Assembly: GCA_951406725.2 (NCBI GenBank)
Contig: OX597823.1
Span: forward strand, 53,072,001-53,136,000
Source of the DNA: Octopus vulgaris
Lineage: Eukaryota
DNA: 64,000 bases
Direction: 5' to 3'
Made by a program: the position numbers and the translations under genes. This document shows positions 10,861 through 24,402 of the stretch, one piece after another. Numbering within the stretch: the stretch's first letter is position 1; each line of letters starts with the position of its first letter. The notes below the pieces were generated by a model that worked only from the letters and a program-made list of their open reading frames with translations, was not told where the DNA came from and did no database searches.

Positions 10861-13800
10861 GCATTTAGATATATAAACATTCTCACACATAAACATGTAT
10901 ATATTGAGACACAGAGAGACAGACAGTATTGACATTTCATGTTGCTCCCTCAGGGATGTCTCTAAGTTTTTAGCAGGTGAGTGCACATGTGAGAGCACGA
11001 AAAAATCATTTTGAGTTACATTTTAACCATTCGTTATAATTCTTGAACGCCAGTACTTTATCCATTGTGTCAAGTTTATAAAACTTGCTTTATTTCGTAG
11101 GTTTCTTATAATGCACAAAATAATTTGAGTAATGAAATTCAACAAACTTCTATGATAAAGAATCCTTCTGCAAGTTCTCATACAGTTGTCGAGTATTGCT
11201 GACTTGTGGAGTTATGTCGAACAGCTACTTCAACTTGAGGGCGGATCCGGCTCTTAGTCGACGAAGGTTGCCCTGTAGTCTCCCTTTACCCAGGATGAGT
11301 AGATAGTTTTTCTCTGTCTGATGGCTATGGCGAAAGAGGTTATATATATTTCTTTACTACCCGCAAGGGGCTAAACACAGAGGGGATAAACAAGGACAGA
11401 CAAACGGATTAAGTCTATTACATCGACCCCAGTGCTTAACTGGTACTTAATTTATCGACGCCGATGTGTGTGTCTGTCTGTGTGTATACATACATATAAA
11501 ATGGAAACATTATACAAAATGTATAAATAGATGATGAATAAACACCGGCATAGCTTAGGTTACCTGTTGTTTTATACATATTTGGGCATAGGTCTATTTT
11601 GAGCAAAATGCTCAAAGCATGACCACCTTTTTTCCTAAGTAAAGTGCACGCACGTAGGATTCTATTTTCCAGTTGAGTTTTATTCCTAAATCGGCACATT
11701 GTTATTGAAGAAAGTTTCGGCTCTCATTTGTAGAACGTCGAGTGATGACGCTCTAGTACCCTTATTTACTCGTTAATTAATAGTCAAATACTGACTTACT
11801 TTAACCGACTACAACCTTCCTTTATATCCGTGATTCTTTTGTTAGTGCCAAATTGAAAAAAGAAAAGAAGAAAAGCGAATAGAGTTTGCATGATTCTTCT
11901 CATATAAATCCCTCTGTGAGGATCTGTAAAATAGTTTTCAATTTATAGACGGCATATTTCATCTATTTGTGACTATATTACCTATGATTAATGTTTACAG
12001 AAACTACAAGAGGGAAGCGTTATAAACTCCATACCATACTCTAACTGTTTCCCCCTTTCCGAGAGCTTTCAGTCAACCTTCCCTTGTTGATCAGGAGATA
12101 TTGAAACCCATGTGAACCTTCGTTATGTCTCTTTTGTTCTTATGAAAGTATGTTATTTTTCACAGCATTAGTATTTTCCCTTTGTGATAAATATGACTGT
12201 TAAGGCTTTGAAAACTGTAGGTAGGCTGGTTATTAGTCTGTAGTTCTAGGAGTTTATTGTTTCTTCAATCTTGTGAATTAAGATAGGTTCTTTGCTGAGA
12301 AGCCAGCCAGGTGTTATTTCTGATGTTTTCATTGGAACGTTGGCGATGTAATAGCCGTATTACAGAGTGCAAATTAGAAACTCAGTTTGCAATCACGTGG
12401 TTTCGGGTTCTATCCCACAGCTCGACACTTTATGAAAGTTTTTTTCTATCACATCTGCGGGTCAACTCTAGGTGTCATCAGCGAAACTAAATAAACAGAA
12501 GCTATTCGGAAGGATGTACGATATGATGTATCTATTTTGGGGTAGAAAACTACATCCGATGCTGATTTAGGCGTTCTACCAAGGGGGAAAGATTAACAAA
12601 GCTGCTAGAACATCAGATGGAATACCTTGGGATATTCGATCCAGTTCTCTGTGCATTAAGTTCACATCAAGACGTGGACAACATCGCTGTTCTTACTCTT
12701 TGATTCAATAATGTACCGACTCTTTACAGAGATCTCTTTCTTTCTCCCCTTCTCTTTCTTTCTCTCTCCCCCTCTCTCTTTCTTTCTCCCCCTCTCTCTC
12801 TTTCTATCTCCTCCCCTCTCTTTCAAATTGTAATAGATATTTGCGGAGGAGTCAACTCTGGTGCAAGCATTTGGACCAGTTCTTCGGTTGGAGTTTATAG
12901 AAATCAAACTTAGTTTCCCCAAACGGTCTCGGAGATTCTATAAATAAGTTTTGAACTCTATCCGTCTTCTTCTGACTACTGAATAAACCACAAAAACAAA
13001 AACAAAAAAATTAAAATTAAAAACACATTTATAATTTTTTTGTGAAAACTTACTACACATTTTAGCTACAAACTTATCACTTTCACATTTCCATGCACTT
13101 TCAACTCGTTTGCATTCTGTAACACTTCGGCTGATATTACTTACGATCGTTATTAAAATCATCGCCAAAAGCTCTCCATCCGCTGTTCTCTCCATATTTC
13201 TCTTCCCAAATCTACTTCTTTTGATATTTATCCTACATTAGTTACTGCTTTGTTGTATATTTTTCTCTAAAGAAAAAACATTGGAGGTCATCAATATAAC
13301 CAATCTAATACTCAAGACTTTTAAATTTCGAAGCCATTGCAAAAGAGCTGCTCACGAATTCAGTGATTAGGGCTGATTGTTATAAAACATCTCAAATCTG
13401 CTGAAACACGCTTCCTTAAAGGCTCATATATGAGTATACATATTTGATAAGGTCTCAACTTCGTGACTGAAAACTATAACAATCACCAAACTGGACAGCA
13501 CTGCATAGTGCCAAAGATTTTATCTTTTCCATCTGAGATAAGGACCCAGTACAGCTTAGATTTCAATGGCACAGTTTTTCAACAGAGCCAGACAACTCCA
13601 GAGACTTACTAAGTGTAGATGCGGATGTTTTCAAAGAATATTTGCACAATTTTTTATCTGGGGGCATCAGATGAATCTACATTGCAACGGGAAACACAAA
13701 TAAGAGAAACTTCATCACGCTACTTCATCAGAAACAATGCTAGAGAGAAAACCGCAGAATAAGTAAGTATAAAATAAGACTAATAAGACTTAAGGTTATG

Positions 13801-13919
13801 TCCTCAACATGGTTGTCGCCACTAATTAAATCGCTAAAAGTTTAAAGAAAATTTAAGTATTTTATGAGATGGACTTCCCCATTCAGAAATGGACGGCAAA
13901 ATATTTATATTTTAAGTAA

Positions 13920-14318
13920 CACTTTCTACTATAGCCACAAGGTCTGAAGTTTTGAGGAGAGGGGACTAGTTGATTACATCAACCCTAGAGCATAACCATT
14001 ACTTATTTCATCGATCCTGAAAGGATGAAAAGTAAACTCGACTTCGGCAGAATTTAAACTCAGAACGTAAAGACGGTCGAAATACCTATTTCTTTTACTA
14101 CCCACAAGGGGCAAAACACAGAAGGGAAAAACAAGTACAGACAAACGGATTAAGTCGATTATATCGACCCCAGTACATAACTGGTACTTATTTAATCGAC
14201 CCCGAAAGGATGAAAGGCAAAATCGACCTCGCGGAATTTAAACTCAGAACGTAAAGACGGTCGAAATACCGCTAAGCATTTTGTTCGGTGTCCTAATGAC
14301 TCTCTCACCTCGCCACCT
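13920..14318 (-). mobile_element. SINE family C, dimeric
   Basis: Two bodies with the junction AAGAAATAG|GTATT on the minus strand at about 14086. Confidence 0.85.
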
Positions 14319-14866
14319 TTTTTTTTGTATTTTTTATACTCTCTGAAGATCTGCTTTTTAGCTCTTTTGAGTGTTTCTTACCAACTACGTGTAACTATCA
14401 AGAGTGTATTCACTGATTTTCTGTTATTCAGTTTTTCAAATACTTACAAGAAAATCTTCCGTTTAGGTCATTTATCATTAATATGCAGCTGCTATTCACT
14501 GACTGTTACAGGTAGTAACAGCAGCTAACTATTTCCCTGATGTCTGTTGATATTACTTCTAAAATGAAAGTAATATATTTGGTAGGCCATCCCAAGTTTT
14601 CTGATCGATTCTGTTCAGTATTAATTGTTGCTGAATAGTGAAAGCAGCAGTGTGCAATGTCAGAAACATTGTACATAAATCAGGAAATTCCATGCGAATA
14701 GGTCTTGCTCATACCGTAATCGATCAAAAACTTCAATTAGGTGGATTTTTTTTTCAAACCCATGTGTATCTAAATGTATAATGTTATACGAGACAAATTA
14801 TTCAATGAACACTGCATATCTATGTGATACCTGCTTTAAAACATGTGTCAATATACACTTATATAG

Positions 14867-14900
<34 letters not shown>

Positions 14901-15061
14901 ATATATATATATAGACACATAAATATACTACATAGTCATATGTATATTAAGATATGCATGTTGGTATGTATAAGGAATGTTGCGTTGGCAGAGTCGTCAG
15001 CGCACTGAATTTAGTGTCGTTCTCTGCAGTCCACGTTCATCGTCATTATTAAGATAAAACT

Positions 15062-15349
15062 TACTCGGAAAAGACAACTGATGAAGGGGAATATTCTTTA
15101 TGTTGCAGGTCTCGTTTCTCTGTTTGTTTTTTATCGTTGTTCGAAAAAAAGTTCGCTTTGTATGTTTTTGTTTTTATGTTTTCGTTTCGCATTGTGTTCA
15201 ACGTTTTTTTTATCTCCTCTACCCATATATGCATGTATATATACATATATATGTAGGTATGTACATATGTGCATGTATACATGCATATACTTATATATTA
15301 TTTATATTATTATATGATCGAACACCACGCATCCTTTTCCAAGTAAGTT

Positions 15350-15352
<3 letters not shown>
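15062..15352 (+). mobile_element. Solo copy of the terminal repeat found at 27000 and 27785
   Basis: CAACTGATGAAGG, CGTTGTTCG and CACCACGCATCCTTTTCCAAGTAAGTTTTATC are shared with both copies. Followed by (TATC)n(TA)n. Confidence 0.75.
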
Positions 15353-15430
<78 letters not shown>

Positions 15431-15452
15431 AATCTATCTATCTATCTATCTA

Positions 15453-15485
<33 letters not shown>

Positions 15486-15969
15486 CATAAATGTTTGTAT
15501 GTGTACGTGTGAGTGGATTTAGTTATATACATTTTCAGTTAGACTCACATAGAGAGCAAAAAGACACACATTTCCAGAGTGTAACTGTACATGAATCTGA
15601 GAGAGAAAGAAATGGCGTGAGAGAGACAGAGAGAGAGAAACGGAGACAGATAGAGACAGAGAGAGATGGACAGAGAAAGTGTGCGAGAATCTGTATAACA
15701 ATTGCTTCACAAAATTTAAACCATTCTTTTATTATTCGTTTGAATCATTAGAATAATGGTCGATGATTTTAATAAATCTGATATTTCATATATTTTATTA
15801 TATTTTGGCTACAATCATATCTGATCTTTGTATTACAATATTCTCAAACAGCAAATGGTTTGATAAATATGGCAACATGGTGGTGATATCTGTTACAAAT
15901 ATACACAGCCATTTTTAACCTCAAGTTGAAATTTCTCAGTAAAATAGTGTGAGGATGTGATATTAACCT

Positions 15970-16560
15970 CTCCGACCTGTCCAATTACCTACCAATTGCC
16001 CTCATCGCTAACGTGTCTAAACTGATGCAAACTGATAACAATTGTACGTTTTCTGTAACGCTTTTTAGTTTTCTCTCTCTTCTCAGCAACTATCAATATG
16101 TATTTTGAAAGTCACGATCTAAAATTGACACACTCACCTCATTTATAAATTTGATGGTCACTTGCCATCATTAACTTTAGAGACCAGTAAATCTTTCGGT
16201 TGAATTTGACCTAAATAAAAAAAAAAAAGAGGTCTAGCTTATCCTCCCAACTAAATTGTCACAAGAACAAATGTCCGGTCTGTTTACTTGGATTGACAGC
16301 TTCTGTAGACAAAACCCTGCCTGACTCCGATCCCTATATGCTTGGACATTCCTTTGAGTTATTCCCACCATTACCCAAAACCACCTCCTTTGTTCACACC
16401 ACTGACCTATTCTCTATCCAGCTTCGAACTCCGTATTATCGGACTAATTCTCCATCACTCCGGTCATTTCTAACGACAAGAATTTCAGTTCTAAGGTTCG
16501 CGGTCTTGCAAGGTCCTGTTTTCAGTGTCTTTATCCTCCAATAATAAGGATATTTGATAT
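15970..16560 (+). mobile_element. Decayed CR1/L2-group LINE reverse-transcriptase fragment
   Basis: Translates to LSNYLPIALIANVSKLM (NYRPISL motif), LLSNYQYVF*KSRS (QYGFR motif), SFLTTR and LQGPVFS (PQGSVL motif). Confidence 0.7.
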
Positions 16561-16802
16561 GGTCTGCAAAAGCATCTACTAACATTTGAATACACAAATA
16601 TGACTCGTCTACACCCACTGAACTGCGCCCACATCCCGTCACATCAATTATAACCTCCTGAAGATAATAAAATTATCTCACACAAACTGTCCAGTAAATC
16701 CCATGTACATATCTATGATAACAAACTGCACAAAATGTGCTTCCATTAAGACAAAAAGATTACGTACTGTATAACAGTATTTTGAATATTTTTTTTATAT
16801 AA

Positions 16803-17150
16803 ACGCGCCAGCGTGGCTGTGTGGTAAAGAAGTTTGCTTCCCAGCCACATGGTTCTGGGTTCTGTCTAACTGCGAGGCAACTTGGGCAAGCATCTTCTAC
16901 ACTATAGCCTGGGGCCGATCAAACCTATTTGCGTGAAAGAAGCCCGTCATATATATCTACATATATGTGTCTCTGCTTGCACCACCACCCTCCCCAACGA
17001 CCACCACTTCTTGACAACCAGTTTTGGTTTGTTGACGTTTGTTATTCTAACTGGCTTTTAAAAAATAAGTACTTGGGCTGATTCGACTAAATCTTTTCAA
17101 AGCACTGCCCCAGCACGGCTGCAGTCTAATGACTGAAGTAAATAAAATAA
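16803..17150 (+). mobile_element. SINE family B, diverged
   Basis: GTGGCTGTGTGGTAAAGAAGTTTGC head, CTTGGGCAAGC and CAGCACGGCTGCAGTCTAATGACTGAA tail. Confidence 0.85.
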
Positions 17151-17499
17151 TGGTTATAAATTCGCTTATATTTTAGAACACATAAAAATATACAATTTTT
17201 ATTAAATTAATTCATGGATTATAAAATTTACAATATGCCCAGCAAAATTCTTCTAAATACTTATTAATGGATCGACCTTTATCAGATAAAATCCCGTACA
17301 TACACCGAGAAGGGTGCGATCACTCTAGAGAGATTGCGAGGTCGCTTGCGTTTGAGTTTTTAGCAAGTGGTCAATATTTACATTTCGGTGGTCATTTACA
17401 CAGAAGAGTGTTAGCATCATGATAAAAAAAAAATCAATGGACCAATTTCCCTTACAAGCCCTGAGTTACGCAGAGGTTACATTAGTAAACACTTCGTCA

Positions 17500-19140
17500 G
17501 GTGGTGAATGACAGAATTGATACTGTACCGGGCAGAATGCTCAGCGTCTTTTCGTCAATGTTTGCATTTAGAGTCCAAATTTCGATGAAGTCGACTTAGC
17601 CTTTCATCCTTTCGGAGGACCATAAAATAAGTACCAGCTGAGCGATGGACTCGATGTTTTTGACTTCTTTCCTCCTTCGAAATTGCTAGCCTTGTGTCAA
17701 AATTTGAAACCAACATATTAGTAAACGCTTGTCGAAGCTGTAGTGCTCTAGTTCCGAACGCAGAATCCGTGTTTTTGAAGCGAATTTCTTAACTACGTCT
17801 ATGAAACAATTATAAAATACGAGTGACTACTAGATTCTTTTTTTGTTGTTACCTTATTTTCTGACATCTTCACCAGCCTCGTTGCCTTCTGTGTACATTC
17901 CTATTTCTAGATACCTAGTTCTGATTTAGCACTTCATTAACTATTGATTTTGAGGCAAGTCTAGATCCTCATTCCTTCCCCGCTCTCTCTCTATATATAT
18001 ATACCGTTTAATCTATTTCACTCTCAATATGTGATCTTTATAAGAAGGTGGGCGTGCAGAATTGTTAATGCTTAGCAGCATTTGGTCCGTCTTTACCTCC
18101 TGAGTTCAAGTTTCGCCGAGGTCAGTTTCCCTGTCACCCTATCAGAGTCGATAAAATAAGCACTAGTGGAGCACTGGGGTCGATCCAATCGACTTGCTCC
18201 CTCCTCCAAAATTGCTGGCCTGGTGCCAAAATTTGAACACGATATTTGATTTTTGTTGTGATACATCATTTGATACTTAAGTACTTGATCACGCAGCCGA
18301 TAAAATTGAGTTCAGCACTTAAATTATACATGTCTTGTCGATTCGAAAACTATAGAAGGCAACGAAGGAGTTCAAATTAGAGACAAAGAAAACCCTGCCT
18401 CAACATTAACGCAACACTCCCCTGCGTCAGCCACTCTCTACCAGCCGAGTAATAAGGATTTCTAGGGAAGGCGTAGGCCGGCCGATTACATCGACCCCAG
18501 TATTAAGTGGGTACTTATTTTATTGACCCCGAAAGGATGAAAGGCAAAGTCGACCTCGGCAGCATTTGTACTCAGAACGTAAAGATGGACGAAATGCCGC
18601 TAAACATTTTGCCCGGCGGGCTAAAGTTTCTGCCTACCCATCGCCCTAAGAATTTCAAATTTTGGCACAAGACCAGCAACTTCGGGGGTGGGGGTAAGCT
18701 GATTGCATCGACTCCAGTGCCCTACTATACTTATTTTATCGGCCCCGAAAGGAAGACTAATAAAGTTGACCATGGTGGAATTTGAACTCAGAACGTAAAG
18801 ACGGACGAAATGCCACTGCCTATTTTTCCCGGTATGTTAAGAATTTCTAATATTAATCATTGGCCAGACAATGTGGAAGGAGCAGCAGTTGATTTAATCG
18901 ATTTTTCCCTAGTTTATATTATCGAACCCAGAAGACTGAAAGACGAAGGCAATCCTTGCTCGATATCAACTCGGAAACTTAAAGGATATAATATTGATTT
19001 CTTATAAAAATACAAGAACTTTAATTTAGGAAAAGTGGGACAGTCGATAATATCGAACCCTGTATATGACGGCTATTTAATTTCTTCGACCTCGGAAGAA
19101 TGAAAAGCTTAACTAACCTCCGTCAGATTTGAGCTCGGAA
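17500..19140. mobile_element. Cluster of family C SINEs: plus copies at about 17500-17715 and 18045-18245, minus copies at about 18455-19140
   Basis: Repeated GCCTTTCATCCTTTCG / CGAAAGGATGAAAGGC and AAGTACCAG motifs. Confidence 0.8.
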
Positions 19141-19690
19141 TTTCCTGGACCTTGAGCAAGTATTTTCTACTATAGCCTCGGCCCGACCAAACTCTTATGA
19201 GTGTATCTGGTAAACGGAAACTGAAAGAAGCTCGTCAAATATATATATGTGTGTGTATATCTATGTTGTATGTCTTTCTGTCTATGCTTGTCCACTCCCC
19301 ACCATGACAACTAGTGTTGGCGTGTTTGTATCCCGTAACTTAGCGATAGAATAAGTACCAGACTTAAAGAATAAGTTCTGAGGTCGATTTATTCGACTAA
19401 AAATTTAAAAAATTGAAGGTAGTTCCACAGCATGGGCGCAGTCTAGTGACTGAAATAAGTAAAAGATAAAAGTTTACCATCTTGTATAATAATTCTTACT
19501 AATTTGAGTATAAGGTCTGGAATTTTGTTGGGTAGATGTTAGTCAATTGTATTGACCCCACTGTTTCTGAAAGGAATGAAAGGTAAAGTCGACATCGGTA
19601 GAATTTAAACTCAGAACAGAAAGAGCCGGATGCAATACTGCTAAACATTTTGTCCGGTGCTCTAACGATTCTGCCCACTTGCTGTCTTCC
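19140..19690. mobile_element. 5'-truncated SINE B (+, 19140-19472) followed by SINE C (-, 19500-19690)
   Basis: Family-diagnostic body and tail motifs. Confidence 0.8.
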
Positions 19691-20315
19691 CATCCTGTAT
19701 TATAATACAACGCCATCTCTTACGAGTGTAACAGGAAATGTGAAGCAACTTTATCAGAATAATAAACAGTGTTTCTGAAATATGTTGCATACTACAATGG
19801 CTATTGTCTCTACACCAAATTAATTGACTCTGTTTAGAAACTATTGTTAACCTGTTCGAGTGTAATATTCGATATTGTAATAACGCGTAACTTGTTCATG
19901 AGTGAATTACGTAAGGTTACTTCTAAGACAGAGTGGATTTAGATAAAGTAGGAAGCCTCACGTGTTTAAATATTTTTCAAATAAGTTAGATGTATTTGGG
20001 GTGTCGGATGCAATAGTTGCTACTAGAACTGGTACTTCATCGTAGATTGGTGATACTGATTCAACTTCACTATCTGTAAATCCAACGATTGTAAGAAAAA
20101 TGTATCGGGAAGAGAATTCAAATGAGTTGGAGCAGCTCGACACAGAATTTTTTATGGAATGAGAGAAAGATTTGGATGTTGATGGAGGAAGAGTTATGCA
20201 GTTACCTAGTTCAGAAGAACAGAAGATATTTTAGTAACAACAAAAGAGACACGAAACTTTTTGTGCATTTTGCAGTGTTTGAACTGAGTTGGTAGCTAAA
20301 TTTTTATCAGAGCTC

Positions 20316-20787
20316 GATGATCATATTTTGAATTTGGGTAAAGATATAGCACTGTGAGGTTTTGTCAGGCCTTTTGAGAGTCGCAAACTAGATGAGGTTA
20401 ACGTTCATCGTGAGCAGCTGCATGTCGACTGGTGAACAAAAAACCAAGCGCAGAGAAAATTCCAGAGAGATGGATGATCATATTTTGAATTTGGGCAAAG
20501 ATATAGCACTGTGAGGTTTTGTCAGGCCTTTTGAAAGTCGCAAACTAGATGAGGTTAACGTTCATCGTGAGCAGCTGCATGTCGACTGGTGAACAAAAGA
20601 CCAAGGGCAGAGAAAATTCCAGAGAGATGGATGATCATATTTTGAATTTGGGCAAAGATATAGCACTGTGAGGTTTTGTCAGGCCTTTTGAGAGTCGCAA
20701 ACTAGATGAGGTTAACGTTCATCGTGAGCAGCTGCATGTCGACTGGTGAACAAAAAAACCAAGCGCAGAGAAAATTCCAGAGAGATG
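20316..20787. repeat. Three tandem copies of a 157-bp unit
   Basis: Units start at 20316, 20473 and 20630 (GATGATCATATTTTGAATTTGGG to TTCCAGAGAGATG) and differ by only a few bases. Confidence 0.95.
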
Positions 20788-21120
20788 ACGTTCTGGGAAG
20801 AAAGGACTGGACGTAGTGCAAAGGCATGGGAATTAAACACAATATAGGTGATGAAAAGCGTATGCATTTGGGGTGCTTTAGTGAAACTGGTACGAGACCT
20901 GTTAAATTCGATGAGCTGAGGCATTCCATGTAGTTCTAGATATAAGTCTGTGTATCAGAAGTTGGAATGTGTTGAAGAGTAACTTCATACCAGTTATTTT
21001 TGGATACCTTTTTTCTGGGCGCATTCAAGGATATTTGTGCTTTCATCTTCAACATTGCACACTTGGATATATGTTTATGAGTTTACAGTTAGACTTCATT
21101 GTAATTAGCTATATTCACGA
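20700..21120 (-). mobile_element. CR1/L2-group LINE ORF2 C-terminal fragment
   Basis: ORF 20702-20929 contains HYVQSFLPRTSSLWNFL, matching the SFFPRTxxLWNxLP motif at the end of CR1/L2-group ORF2. Confidence 0.7.
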
Positions 21121-21168
21121 GAGCATTTGATTCTGGTACTACAAGCTCATGAATTACTCATAAGTATT

Positions 21169-21289
21169 GGGCGCGGTTTTGTGGTTAAAAGTTTGCTTCC
21201 CAAGCACATTGTTCCGGGTTCTGTCCCACTGCATGGGATCTTGGGCAAGCGTTTTCTACTATATACACGCAACCAAAACACCTTGTCAG

Positions 21290-21320
<31 letters not shown>

Positions 21321-21715
21321 TTAAAATGAGTGTGAGAGATTGGATATTAATTTAATTAACATCAATTTAACACCAGTGGTCTAGCATATTAAAATCTGAA
21401 GGTTCAGTAAATTGCATTATATACATATGAGAGTGATGACCACCATGTGGACAACCCTTATGCTAGAAGTAGATCCGTTATGGTCTTATCACTAAGAAAT
21501 GTTCTCAAGAAAAATTTAGCAACCACCAGAACGTAAGCGAGCAAGACAAATGAAAAATAACAGAAATATAGATTATCTATATTTTTGTTACTTTTCATTT
21601 GTCTTGCTCGTTTACGTTCTGGTGTTTGCTAAATTTTCTTTGAGAACATTTCTTAGTGGTAAGACCATAGCGGATCTACTTCTAGCATAAGAGTTGTCCA
21701 CATAGTGGTCATCCT

Positions 21716-21767
<52 letters not shown>

Positions 21768-21955
21768 ACGCGTGTGTGTGTGTGTCCCTTACCATCTCTT
21801 GACACCTGGTATTGACTTGTTTATATCCCTATAAAGCGGTTCAGTGAAAACAGACCGAAAGAATGAGTGCCAGGTTTAAACAAAACACAATTACTTGAGT
21901 TTAGGCAGTGCACAAGCATAGCTGTAGTGCAACGAGTGAAACAAAAGATAAATGA
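21169..21955 (+). mobile_element. SINE family B with a nested insertion of about 400 bp in its TA tract
   Basis: Head at 21169-21290, TA tract, insertion at about 21320-21720, TA/TG tract, then tail at about 21775-21955. Confidence 0.8.
21425..21723. repeat. 299-bp near-perfect palindrome (foldback)
   Basis: Arms of about 149 bp centred on base 21574 (TAGAT-T-ATCTA). No indels and about 12 mismatches by manual count. Confidence 0.95.
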
Positions 21956-22756
21956 TTACAAGAACATCGCAGCCTACTCAATTAAGCGGAGAGAACTGTA
22001 GGTATTGACCAAGCGCCAGGGTACGAACAGCAGCTTGCTTATTACCGTATATAGTCTTTATTAGGTGAAGAGAAAAATGAAAATGGGAAGCCGAGAGAAT
22101 CGAAACCTTTCAAAATGATAAGGCTAAGGGAATGTTCTGCATACTAAGTTTCCATTCCATAGTTTCTCACATATCAAATATAATGAATCTCACGAGGCGT
22201 GGGTGAAATGATTACTAAGTGGGGATCGAAACGACGCCAATCGCAATCAAAGGATAATGCAATACATTAATTCATTAAGACATTAACATCCAAAAACTAT
22301 CATCATCTCTTAAAGTTCTTATGAAGTTGCTTGATCTGATACATTAATATAAAATGTACTAATGTTGTTGGTAGTGCTTGGATGTCAGCTGCAGGTTTAT
22401 CAAAGATCTTCTGTATTATATTACATAATTTACTGAATTCTAAAAGATATCGATATTACATTGCCATGTTGAATATTCATTTTAGATTATTCGATTATCA
22501 CTAACTGAATTATAATGTGTACGAGATGAGTCGTTGCAACAATCGCGTGGACTAATGAGTTGCCTATATATATCAACAAAAGAGTTTCAAGTTCGTGTCT
22601 TCTCGCTGGTAATGAACTATCCTGACACATACTTAGCTGTGGCATATGCGAGGAAAGATAGGAGAGAAAGAAAGATAGAGACGAAAGAAGCGGAAGTTAA
22701 AAAGACTTGGTAGCGAAGCACAGAACTATCTGGAAGCGAATGAGTGCTTTGGTGTT

Positions 22757-23870
22757 TTATAATCTTTTCAGCGATAAGAAGAGGGCTTGAAATTTTGGGA
22801 AAGCGGGATAGTCGATTGCATCGAACCCAATGCTCAACATGTACTCATTTCGTTGACCCTGAAAGGATGATAGACAAGGTCGACTTCGGCGGAATTTGAA
22901 CTCAGAACATGGAGAGGGCTGAAATAACTTTAAGAATTGCATCCAGCATACTAATGGTTGTATCAGCTTACCGCCTTGCTTTGATGCTTCGTAATGCTGT
23001 GATCAAATTATTTCTAATTTAGGCACAAGACCAGTGATTTCGCTGGAGGTTTAATCGATTAAATGGAACTCAGTAATTGACATCTGTTTGATTTTATAGA
23101 CCCCAGAAGAGATTTTGAACTCAAAACTCAGTAGCGACTCAGTACAAATACCACAACGTATTTGTCCGAGATTCTAACGATTCTGCTAATCCAGCAAATT
23201 TGTTGCGATTAAACTGAATGAGATAATCTGAATTACCATTATAAGAAGAAACAAAAAAAAAAACAAGCCAAAAAAACGTCTACGTTTGTTACTTCACACG
23301 CTAATAATAACAATCAAATTGTCCTAAGATTATACATATCCTACTAAGTTGAGAAACAGTGCGATAAAATAGCCATCGATGGAACTTTTTTTTTATCATA
23401 GGTCTGCTCAAGTAATGCTGACAGAGATTCAACTACAATAAAAAGAATACTACAACGGTAAAGAGATGCAATTTTTAAGGAAATAAATTCGCAACACCTG
23501 CGGAAATTAAATATTAAAGTATCACAGGACCTCTGATAGGATATGAACTCCAGCTACATTTGTAGAGCACGATTTAATCGTGTAGTGCACGATTAAAACC
23601 GCGAACGTTTCTACCAGATCTATTATACAGAATGGATAATAATACACAAAACTACGAATGCTATGCCTACTAAATGGTCGCTAGAGGCGGTGAGCTGAAA
23701 AAATCGCTTGCACGCCGGTCAAAATGCTTAGCGGCATCTCGTCCGTCTTAATGTTCTGAGTTCAAATTTGCGCCGAAATCGACTTTGCCTCTCATCTTTT
23801 AGGGGTCGATGAAATTAGTAATCGACTAATCTTGTCCCCACAAACCTACCCAGTGCCTGTTATAGATAAG
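22757..23870. mobile_element. Family C SINEs: minus at 22757-22980 and 23010-23200, plus at 23685-23870
   Basis: Family C core and head motifs. Confidence 0.78.
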
Positions 23871-24112
23871 ATTGTTAAATTGTGGGTGATGGTCCGAATA
23901 TCAGATAAAATCCTTTGTGATATCTGTTTTGTCCAGTTATGATCTGAGTTCAAATCTCACATAGAGTTAGATTTTTATAAATCCGTATTCGTCAAAATAA
24001 TTATCAATACTAACAATGCACGTTTGGTCACGCTAAAAATGTCACATCACATTATGTAAAGTGAGTCAATAATTTACCTATGTAATTAAATAGTAGTAAA
24101 AATAGCATTTTG

Positions 24113-24304
24113 CTTATATAGTTCTATATTTAAGAGATGAGGAATTATGTACATTATTTACATTCGCCGGATATTTGTCCTCATCTTGTTTGTTGTTAAC
24201 GCAACGCTTCGGCTGATATACCCTCCAGTCTTCTTCAGGTGTCTTGGGGAAATTTCGAACCTGGGTTCTCATTCCTAAGGTATTTTTTGTTGTTATTATC
24301 ATTA

Positions 24305-24354
<50 letters not shown>

Positions 24355-24402
24355 GTTGTTGTTGTTGTTGTTGTTGTTGCTGTTCAGGTCACTGCTTGGA
24401 AT
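24113..24402 (-). mobile_element. Hammerhead-bearing repeat containing (ATT)n/(GTT)n, Penelope-like
   Basis: Minus strand reads GACAC-CTGAAGA-A-GACTG-gagggtatat-CAGCC-GAAGC-GTT-GCGTT at 24198-24243. Confidence 0.55.
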
